This document shows, piece after piece, positions 20,801 to 28,013 of a stretch of 64,000 bases of DNA. Source of the DNA: a bacterium. GTDB lineage: Bacteria > Electryoneota > RPQS01. Location of the stretch: the NCBI GenBank assembly GCA_020846695.1, contig JADLDM010000187.1:1010-65009 (forward strand), read 5' to 3'. The translations under genes were made by a program, and so were the position numbers. Position 1 is the first letter of the stretch. The number at the start of each line of letters is the position of its first letter. Below the pieces are notes generated by a model, which saw nothing but the letters and a program-made list of their open reading frames with translations, did no database searches and had not been told where the DNA came from.

Positions 20801-20882
20801 AAAGGTAGGTCGTGTGGATCGGGGCTGCCAAAACCACAGAGGCCGCGACCAATCCCATAAAATAATTTGCTATTGCACGCAT
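17868..20882 (-). CDS. Large secreted GH57-like / alpha-glucan-active protein with a C-terminal Fn3-like module
   Basis: Signal peptide MGLVAASVVLAAP. LWHMEQPIYW resembles GH57 region I and FFPPEIAFSE resembles region III. 1004 aa. The C-terminus ...VTLRWPAVFAASYYQIWRAPAPD... is shared with ORFs ending at 13603, 16439 and 60832. Confidence 0.55.
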   Translation of the reverse strand: MRAIANYFMGLVAASVVLAAPIHTTYLWHMEQPIYWPDQSTYGNGYETAHESILRRNGGWPHPENDVAMIFGIADRVAAYQDRPKLSIDVMSGADAGAQVTYSGGLLRNVGSLAAFNEQGYNSSWNLHNQTARSWTTSGGRPQMELTQISYHHSFAPLLDPQVLKKDIQIYQQVYASVWGASPAPSTGFFPPEIAFSERIIPVLRDCGLTWTFISSTHLSRACSNFPLTLGTGGENCNPPNLADQVNSAQTNWNTQYISRGCSPTDAVPFSFQPHRAIHVDPSTGIADSIVVVPVAMAMSWWDGYQPYSPNDIDAIASWNDPSRPMLVVLGHDGDNAFGGGYSYYMESVPNFTSQAVSRGYEPTTVPEYLADHAVPLNDVVHVEDGAWVNADGDFGDPDFPNWLWPLHSSSGQIDIDNGWAIDAHNWAVITAATNRVVTAEAIGSAPNLAAIQDPRLHSPGLIDLAWHFLLGSLNSGYMYYGTILDMEQKPVVACNEATDYADQILQGGGDPVGPTIWSPQQWPHNPGATGYGPLHGYTQVQNPRDFRVWTFISDVSGVQNATLNYRLDLDGANPLSSFQNETYSGGAEVSAWRSRAMTRRVFPAGNPYGYGDIVFEELPSYIAQQYTYHLNDSEVTDAGGVLLDYYVEATDSLGNVSRSEIFHTYVGTGQGNGGGGDRVWWDPDTLHGGDQVTIYYNADLGTLPQGASPLYIHIGHSGWQGVVNPNPVMIHDTAEVWHYTYTIPMSATSVDFVFTDNLGNWDNNTGLDWHIPATPTGGSGFLMDGTLETSSTLLGTVSGINLWADWNGSELYLATERAQGTGADRFLMIASLPGAMQTAPWSKAGQVAAWSAFLAEEADNGWRGWFDATGGTGSATGAVLEGTLNLIDEFGSYPNRAYICIGRYATANGGALTGQVPAAVVSNGNIEASEWIELSLSARDVTIYPNGGNVTLRWPAVFAASYYQIWRAPAPDAVPTLIGTTTTTNYSDPIVSDRAIYWIEPQF

Positions 20883-21402
20883 TTCCTCTCCACAATCGTC
20901 TAATGTGACGGTGTCACGTAAGGCTCAACTCGGGATTTTCACAGCTCGGCTCCCGATCCATCCGCCACGCACCGCCGCACAGATTACATTTGCATCTTAA
21001 CGCAATAATATACGCAATTTCGCCTTCGGAAGCACTTGCCACAGGGGGCTGTAGCATTTTGTCGCGACGTCACAAATCATTGGAATCTGACTCTAAATAT
21101 CATATTAGCATGAGGATAATGGAAATTCCTGGGTTGCAAATTGGTTTCAAATCATGTATATTGTTGGTGATGAATTGCGGCCGAATCCACTGTTCGCCAT
21201 TATCCGCAATCAATCGCCAGAATCGAGTTCCGCTGGTGACCATAAAACTGTTCCGCGCGGGATTCTGCTTGATAATCAACAATCACCCGATTTTGTGAGT
21301 CCCGTCACCCGCGCGACTCTCAACCCAATGCCGACAAATAGGTGGCTCGGCAAGCTGAACAGCCCGGACCACCATAAACCACACCTCAAACGGATAGAAG
21401 AA

Positions 21403-21969
21403 ATGATTCGCTACACCGCAAAGACACTCGCCGTCGTCGCCATCGTTTTTGGCTGGCTCCTCGTCACAGGCGCTGCGCTCGCGCAAGACTCCACCAAGAC
21501 CCCCACCTACATCGGCGGATCAAAGTGCAAGATGTGCCACAAAGGAGAGAAGAACGGCAACATGTGGGAAATCTGGGAAGGCTCCACGCACGCAAAGTCC
21601 CTGCAAACCCTGATTGACAAGGGCGAGCAGAACAATGCCGAGTGCCTTGCCTGTCACACCACCGGACACGGAGTCGCAGGAGGATACGGCACCGCCGGAA
21701 TGGAAGCGCCTGAAGCTCTCGGTTCCGTAAGCTGTGAAGCATGTCACGGCCCCGGATCCGAATACAAATCCAAGAAAGTGATGGAAGATCACGCCGCTTC
21801 CGTGGCCGCGGGACTCTGGATTCCTGACGAAAACACCTGTAAGAAGTGCCACAATGAAAAGTCTCCGACTTTCAAGGGCTTCAACTTCGCCGAAGCGTGG
21901 GCGAAGATCAAGCACGAGACTCCCGCTGTCGCCGACAGCGCCGCCGCACCCGCGGGCGGATCGAACTAA
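21403..21969 (+). CDS. Periplasmic tetrahaem cytochrome c
   Basis: MIRYTAKTLAVVAIVFGWLLVTGAALA signal or anchor. Four CxxCH motifs (CKMCH, CLACH, CEACH, CKKCH). Confidence 0.8.
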   Translation: MIRYTAKTLAVVAIVFGWLLVTGAALAQDSTKTPTYIGGSKCKMCHKGEKNGNMWEIWEGSTHAKSLQTLIDKGEQNNAECLACHTTGHGVAGGYGTAGMEAPEALGSVSCEACHGPGSEYKSKKVMEDHAASVAAGLWIPDENTCKKCHNEKSPTFKGFNFAEAWAKIKHETPAVADSAAAPAGGSN

Positions 21970-22123
21970 CCCGCCGCAGCACATTCACTCTATTCAACGC
22001 GGCTTCCGAAATGGAGCCGCGTTGAGTAGGGAACTCCGATTTCGCTGTCTGAATCACGGGCCGACGAACCTGCATTTGTGAAAAGAATCACATTGCGCCG
22101 ACGGCCCGATTGAAGGCAAGATT

Positions 22124-23050
22124 ATGAATCTCAACCGTCGCGACTTCCTCAAATTCGCCGGAGCGACGACTGCTACAGCCGCACTCACTTCGCTCCCGAT
22201 CAAAGCGGAAGCGACCGAACATTTCACGGGACATCCTGATCGCAAAGGAATCCTCGTGGATACCTCGCTCTGCATCGGACACAACTGCCGACGCTGCGAA
22301 TTTGCCTGCGCCAAAGAAAATTACTTGCCGACTCCTGACAAACCTCCGGAAGATGCAAGTGTCTTCGACCAGCGCCGCCGCACTCACCCTGATCAGTTTA
22401 CCGTTATCAATCGCTTTCCCGGCCGTTCCGAGGACATGCCTGTCTATGCAAAAAAACAGTGTATGCACTGCGACGAACCGGCCTGCGCATCCGCCTGCTT
22501 AGTCGGAGCATTCAAGAAAACCCCTGAAGGAGCCGTCACCTACGATGCCTCCGTCTGCATCGGCTGCCGCTACTGCATGGTCGCCTGCCCCTTCGACATT
22601 CCAACTTACGAATACAACAGTGCACTTCACCCTCGCGTCAGGAAGTGCACTTTCTGTTTTGAGACTAAACTGAAAGAAGGGAAAGCTCCGGCCTGCGTCG
22701 AAGCCTGCCCGCGCGAAGTGATGACCTTCGGAAAACGCGAAGACTTGATCAAAGTCGCGCGTCAGAAGATCGCCCGCAACCCCGACAAATACGTTGACCA
22801 CATCTACGGTGAGCATGAAGTCGGCGGGACAAGCTGGATGTATCTCTCGCCCGTGCCGTTCGATTCTATCGGCATGAGAACCGATCTCGGCACGACGCCC
22901 TATCCCGAACTCACGCGCAACTATCTTTCCGCGGCCCCGCTCGTTATGGCCATCTGGCCGAGCTTCTTCCTCACTCTGTATCTGTTCAACAAACGCAAAG
23001 ACCAGATCGCCGCCGAAGAAAACGGCAAGCATAAAGAGGAGAGTGCTTAG
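22124..23050 (+). CDS. Tat-exported 4Fe-4S ferredoxin-type subunit (NrfC/PsrB/HybA/ActB-like) with a C-terminal TM helix
   Basis: Twin-arginine motif NRRDFLKF. Four Cys clusters of the CxxCxxCxxxCP type (CMHCDEPACASAC, CIGCRYCMVACP, CTFC...CVEACP). Confidence 0.85.
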   Translation: MNLNRRDFLKFAGATTATAALTSLPIKAEATEHFTGHPDRKGILVDTSLCIGHNCRRCEFACAKENYLPTPDKPPEDASVFDQRRRTHPDQFTVINRFPGRSEDMPVYAKKQCMHCDEPACASACLVGAFKKTPEGAVTYDASVCIGCRYCMVACPFDIPTYEYNSALHPRVRKCTFCFETKLKEGKAPACVEACPREVMTFGKREDLIKVARQKIARNPDKYVDHIYGEHEVGGTSWMYLSPVPFDSIGMRTDLGTTPYPELTRNYLSAAPLVMAIWPSFFLTLYLFNKRKDQIAAEENGKHKEESA

Positions 23051-24288
23051 TGGCAACCTTCTCTCCTTCTCTTCCGGGAAACGTGAACACCGGATCATGG
23101 CTGCGAGACAAGCTATTCCTCGGTATGACGCCGAAAGCCTATCTGCGCTCGTTGATCACGCCGTGGCACATGGTCGCCGCAGCAATCCTCGCAATCGGCC
23201 TGCCCGTCTTCTTCCAGAGATTTGCCTATGGAATCGGAGCGGTCTCTAATCTCACCGACACAAATCCGTGGGGAATCTGGATCGGCATTGACGTGCTCTG
23301 CGGAGTTGCTTTAGCCGCCGGAGGATTCATCATCGCCTCAATTGTGCATCTCTTCGGCATGAAAGAATATGCGCCGCTTGTCAGACCCGCAATCCTCACC
23401 GGATTTCTCGGCTACGCATTCGTCGTCGTCGGTTTGATGTTCGACTTGGGCCGACCGTGGAGACTTCCTTATCCGATGACGTTTGCATTCGGAACGAGTT
23501 CCGTCATGTTTGAAGTCGGCTGGTGTGTCGCGCTCTACTTGGGATGCCAATTCGTCGAGATGTTCCCGCCGATTTTTGAATGGCTCGGATACAAGAGGCT
23601 CCGCGCATGGGCCATGACCTTAGTGCTCGGCACAACCGTCCTGGCCGTCGTGCTCTCGACCTTGCATCAATCTTCACTCGGCGCACTCTTCTTGATTGCC
23701 CCAAGTAAACTGCATCCGCTCTGGTACAGCATGTATCTGCCGGTCTATTTTCTGATCAGCGCGGTCGCCGGCGGAATCGGCATGATCATCTTTGAATCCA
23801 CACTTTCACATCGCACTTTCAAAACTCAAACCGGACATTTGAGTCACGCGCAGCTTGATCACCTCGCGCTCGGACTTGCGAAGGGCGGCGCGATTGTCCT
23901 CTACCTCTATTTCTGGCTGAAAGTCGTCGGCCTTGCGCATGAACACCAATGGTCGTTACTTCTCTCTGGATGGGGACTATGGTGGCTCGTCGAAGTCATC
24001 GGTTTCATTCTTGCTCCGGCCTTTCTCTTCCTCTTTGCCGTGCGCGGTTTAAGTCCGCTCCTCGCGCGCGTCGCTGCAGTCTGGACCGTACTCGGATTGA
24101 TCCTTAATCGGCTGAATGTTTCGGTTGTCGCGTTAAATTGGAATCAAACCGAGCGCTACATTCCGCACTGGAAAGAAATCACGATTACCATCACAATCAT
24201 CACGATCGGCGTGCTGGTCTTCCAATGGATGGTCAACCGTATGCCAATTCTTTTACAGCATCCAGATTACGCCGGCGAAAGCCACTAA
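23050..24288 (+). CDS. NrfD/PsrC/HybB-family integral membrane quinol-interacting subunit
   Basis: ~10 TM helices. The start overlaps the Fe-S subunit stop. This is the typical partner of NrfC-like proteins. Confidence 0.85.
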   Translation: MATFSPSLPGNVNTGSWLRDKLFLGMTPKAYLRSLITPWHMVAAAILAIGLPVFFQRFAYGIGAVSNLTDTNPWGIWIGIDVLCGVALAAGGFIIASIVHLFGMKEYAPLVRPAILTGFLGYAFVVVGLMFDLGRPWRLPYPMTFAFGTSSVMFEVGWCVALYLGCQFVEMFPPIFEWLGYKRLRAWAMTLVLGTTVLAVVLSTLHQSSLGALFLIAPSKLHPLWYSMYLPVYFLISAVAGGIGMIIFESTLSHRTFKTQTGHLSHAQLDHLALGLAKGGAIVLYLYFWLKVVGLAHEHQWSLLLSGWGLWWLVEVIGFILAPAFLFLFAVRGLSPLLARVAAVWTVLGLILNRLNVSVVALNWNQTERYIPHWKEITITITIITIGVLVFQWMVNRMPILLQHPDYAGESH

Positions 24289-24449
24289 CCGCGTACACAC
24301 CATGCACACACTTCACGAATTCACGCTCGTTACGCAAGCAGGCGAGTATATCACCGGAATCGTCGGTCTGCTTCTGTTTGTTCCCTTCTGGAAAGCTCTC
24401 AACGCGCGACCCAAGCGCAAACACTAATTTTCGAGTCGGGCGACCGACC

Positions 24450-25541
24450 ATGAAACACTTACTCGCTTTCACCGTCCTCTTCGCGCTGCTTCTGATCGGC
24501 GAATCTTCCCACGCGAAGTCCGGTCCTAATAACGGCTGTGCAGAGTGCCACGTCTGCAGCAACCCCACGCTCTCCGATCCCTGCCTGCGCGGATGCCCGC
24601 GCTCCCGCGCAACGGTTGAAGACATCAAGCTCGGTCCCGATCGCATTCTCATCAACGAAATTGAAGTCGAGTATGACGCGGTTCCCTTTGCTCATCGCCT
24701 TCATGCCGAAATGACTGCGATGGACAAGGGCTGCCAGAATTGCCATCACTTTCAGGAAATCGGCGGTATCACCGCGTGCAAGAATTGCCACCCCGAGCAT
24801 ATCGCAGAAGAGAATCTCGAACAGCCCGGCTTGAAGGGCGCCTATCACCGTCAATGTCTCGGCTGTCATCAGGAGTGGAGCCACGACACGTCGTGCGAAA
24901 TCTGCCACCTGAAGAAGGGATCAGAGCTCGCCGAACCGCAAGTTAAGAGCGGACCCGGCAGTAGATTCGCCGGATTGAATGAGCCCGTCAAAAGAGTTTG
25001 GAATTCAACCTACGGCGGCGGCACCGTCGTCACACTTCACCATCGCAATCACACCGAAAAGTACGGAGTGGAATGCGCGGCATGTCATCACGCCGAAGGC
25101 TGTGCGGTTTGCCATGCGAAAAAAGAGCAGACTACTCAGGTGCGTCACAGCGAAGAGGCTCTGCACGCGATCTGCAATAGCTGTCACGCCGAGATGAGTT
25201 GCGATCAGTGCCATTTGAAGAGCGAGGCGCTGGAGTTTTCTCACGCACGCACAGGCTGGCCTTTGAAGACTTACCACGAGCGTCTGACATGCAGACGTTG
25301 TCACGGTGACAATCATCACTTCACCAAACCCTCCACAGATTGTGCAAGCTGCCACAAACCGTGGGATACCACTACCTTCAAGCATGAGCGCACGGGGCTT
25401 GCTCTCAACGAAACACACCTTGAGACTGATTGCGCTGAGTGTCATGTTGGAGCAAATTACACCGTCGCGCCAACGTGCAACAGCTGTCACGATACGGACA
25501 TTACTTTTCCCGCTTCCTTGCCGGGCAACCGGACGAGGTAA
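24450..25541 (+). CDS. Periplasmic multihaem cytochrome c (13 CxxCH)
   Basis: MKHLLAFTVLFALLLIGESSHA signal peptide. 13 CxxCH motifs counted in the translation. Confidence 0.85.
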   Translation: MKHLLAFTVLFALLLIGESSHAKSGPNNGCAECHVCSNPTLSDPCLRGCPRSRATVEDIKLGPDRILINEIEVEYDAVPFAHRLHAEMTAMDKGCQNCHHFQEIGGITACKNCHPEHIAEENLEQPGLKGAYHRQCLGCHQEWSHDTSCEICHLKKGSELAEPQVKSGPGSRFAGLNEPVKRVWNSTYGGGTVVTLHHRNHTEKYGVECAACHHAEGCAVCHAKKEQTTQVRHSEEALHAICNSCHAEMSCDQCHLKSEALEFSHARTGWPLKTYHERLTCRRCHGDNHHFTKPSTDCASCHKPWDTTTFKHERTGLALNETHLETDCAECHVGANYTVAPTCNSCHDTDITFPASLPGNRTR

Positions 25542-25544
25542 CAT

Positions 25545-28004
25545 ATGAGTCGCACCTACATTCTGCTCCTTGCTCTATTGATTCCGCTCGCGGCTTTCGC
25601 GGGCGATGACGCCGCGTGCGTGGATTGTCACTCCGACGGAACGCTTACCCGAACTCTGGACAACGGAACCGTCATTTCGCTTTGCGTCACATCCGATTCG
25701 CTCAAACTATCGCAACATGCCGCGCTCGCCTGCGTGGATTGCCATGCCGATTTGAAGGGCTTCGACGATTTCCCGCACGACGATAAACTCAAAGTGGTCA
25801 ACTGCGCAAGCTGTCACGCCGGAGCCGCGACTGAAGTCGCGGCAGGAGGACACGAGGGCGCGCTGAAATGCGCAGGCTGTCACGGCAAACACGACATTCT
25901 CTCGCCCAAAACTCCCGGCTCGCTTCTCTCGCCCGATCGCGTTGACAAGACGTGTGCAGAATGTCACAACCGGATGCACCCGCCGCAGAGAGGACGCTCC
26001 GCAGCCTACGCAAGTTATGACGTCGGCATTCACGGAAGGCTGACCGGAAAAAGTACGCGCGACTTGCCGAAGTGCACAACGTGCCATCACGCGCACACGG
26101 TCTCAAGCGAGCACAGGATGTCGAATGTGCTGGAAGACGCCTGCCTGAAATGTCATGACAATATCCGAGAGGAATTTAAGCAATCCGTTCACGGCGCATT
26201 GAATGAAGGACGTAATAAGACGCATTGCTTTGATTGTCACGGAGAACACAGAAGCCGCGCGCCCTCCGACACAACGCTGCGTGTGACCAATGAATCCCCC
26301 GCCGAAGCAACGTGCGGAGCCTGCCACCCTGAATCCGTGCAGCGCTACAATCAGAGTTTGCACGCGTGGGCGCTGGAAACCGGCTCTGTCCGCGCGCCTC
26401 GCTGCGAAAGCTGTCACGGCGCGCATAACATCAGACCCGTCAGTGATCCGCAATCTCCTATGCATCGTTCGCGGCAAGTAGAAACCTGCGCGAAGTGCCA
26501 CAGCCAAATCGGAATCACGCTCGATCCCGATGTGCGCCTACCGCGCTCTTTTGAGAACTATCTTGAGAGCACGCACGGCAAGAAACTGAAAGAGGGAAAC
26601 ACCGAAGTTCCAGTCTGCATAGATTGTCACGGGGGGCACGCGATTCGAGGCGGCAACGATCCCAATTCGACCATTGCGCACGTCAACATTGACAAGACCT
26701 GCGGAAAATGCCATGAGAAGGAGCAGGGTCTCTACCGTCAGTCCATTCACTATCGCGCTTTGATCAGCGGAATTGATGACAGCCCGACTTGCACGGGTTG
26801 TCACGGAGAGCACTTGTTGATCTCGCCGAAAGACCCGCTCTCAAAGGTGAGTCACTCGCGAGTCGCCGCCGAAACCTGCGGCAAATGCCACGAGAACCCC
26901 GATGTGATCCGCAAATACGGATTAGCGCCGGACGTGGTTTCAACCTATTCGGATAGCTATCACGGATTGGCAACGCAGGCGAAGCACAAGGACACTCCCT
27001 CCTGCGCAGATTGCCACGAGGCTCACGACGTTCGCACTGCGCATGATTCGCTCTCAACGATTCACAAGAGCAACGTCACCGAAACGTGCGCGAAGTGTCA
27101 CCCCAAAGCCGATGACAAGTTCGCGGCCTCCTATACGCACGTCGCGCTGCAGCCGGTGGAGGGTGGAGCCAATTGGTGGATCGCACGAATCTACTGGGTG
27201 TTATTGGCCGTGATTATCGGCGGAATGGTTGTTCATAATCTCCTGATTCTGAACTTCCACATGGTGAAAGCGCGCGAGCATCAGACAGCCGGCAAGAAAG
27301 TCACGCGCTTTGACAAACACCAATTAGTCCAGCACATGGCGCTGTCGGTCTCCTTCATCATGCTTGCCGTGACGGGCTTCGCGCTGAAATTCCCGAATGC
27401 ATGGTGGGTGAAATTCTCTGCGATGATCGGTTTCAGCGAACCGGTTCGCAGGATCACGCACCGAATCATGGCCGTGATTCTCATCGGCTGCTCCATCTAT
27501 CACGTCGTCTACCTGTTTATGACGCGCCGCGGACAGGAAGAGTTGAAGGCAATGCTGCCCGCAAAATCCGACGTCAGCGAATTCTCTGAGAACATGGCCT
27601 ATCACCTCAACAAGAGGAAAGACCCGCCGAAATTCGATCGCTATGACTATTCGCAGAAGGCCGAGTATTGGGCCTTGATCTGGGGAACCGTTCTAATGAT
27701 CGCTACAGGATTTGTGCTGTGGTTCCCGGCCGAACTTTCTCCGATACTTCCGGCTTGGGCCGTTCCCGTGAGCCAGACGATTCACCTTTATGAAGCATGG
27801 CTTGCAACGCTCGCGATTGTCGTGTGGCACTTCTTCTTCGTGATCTTCCATCCCGAAGAGTATCCCATGAGCTGGACGTGGTTGACCGGAAAGATTTCGC
27901 TCGATCTGGTCAAGCATCGCCACGAACGCTGGTACGACAAGATCGTGAAGGAAGAGGACGCCAAGCCCGATGCTGCAACCAAAACAGAGAGTCCAAAGCA
28001 ATAG
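25545..28004 (+). CDS. 17-haem cytochrome c fused to a C-terminal multi-TM dihaem cytochrome b-like membrane domain (CbcL-like c/b fusion), paralogue 1
   Basis: Signal peptide MSRTYILLLALLIPLAAFA. 17 CxxCH motifs. The C-terminal ~270 aa have ≥4 hydrophobic helices with conserved His (FDKHQLVQHMALSVSF..., ITHRIMAVIL..., IHLYEAWLATLAIVVWHFF). Confidence 0.8.
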   Translation: MSRTYILLLALLIPLAAFAGDDAACVDCHSDGTLTRTLDNGTVISLCVTSDSLKLSQHAALACVDCHADLKGFDDFPHDDKLKVVNCASCHAGAATEVAAGGHEGALKCAGCHGKHDILSPKTPGSLLSPDRVDKTCAECHNRMHPPQRGRSAAYASYDVGIHGRLTGKSTRDLPKCTTCHHAHTVSSEHRMSNVLEDACLKCHDNIREEFKQSVHGALNEGRNKTHCFDCHGEHRSRAPSDTTLRVTNESPAEATCGACHPESVQRYNQSLHAWALETGSVRAPRCESCHGAHNIRPVSDPQSPMHRSRQVETCAKCHSQIGITLDPDVRLPRSFENYLESTHGKKLKEGNTEVPVCIDCHGGHAIRGGNDPNSTIAHVNIDKTCGKCHEKEQGLYRQSIHYRALISGIDDSPTCTGCHGEHLLISPKDPLSKVSHSRVAAETCGKCHENPDVIRKYGLAPDVVSTYSDSYHGLATQAKHKDTPSCADCHEAHDVRTAHDSLSTIHKSNVTETCAKCHPKADDKFAASYTHVALQPVEGGANWWIARIYWVLLAVIIGGMVVHNLLILNFHMVKAREHQTAGKKVTRFDKHQLVQHMALSVSFIMLAVTGFALKFPNAWWVKFSAMIGFSEPVRRITHRIMAVILIGCSIYHVVYLFMTRRGQEELKAMLPAKSDVSEFSENMAYHLNKRKDPPKFDRYDYSQKAEYWALIWGTVLMIATGFVLWFPAELSPILPAWAVPVSQTIHLYEAWLATLAIVVWHFFFVIFHPEEYPMSWTWLTGKISLDLVKHRHERWYDKIVKEEDAKPDAATKTESPKQ

Positions 28005-28013
28005 ATTGAAGTA

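Noticed and set aside
19818-20903. 361-aa plus-strand ORF
   Set aside because: It is antisense to the GH57-like giant gene. Its Arg/Ile/Val-rich composition and absence of motifs mark it as spurious.
21154-21402. Upstream extension of the tetrahaem cytochrome ORF
   Set aside because: It has no hydrophobic signal and lies in an AT-rich promoter region. The membrane anchor and signal begin at MIRYTAK (21403).
24138-24449. N-terminal extension of the 13-haem cytochrome ORF overlapping the NrfD-like gene (TTG start)
   Set aside because: The signal peptide MKHLLAFTVLF... starts at 24450. The upstream part overlaps the well-supported NrfD-like CDS.
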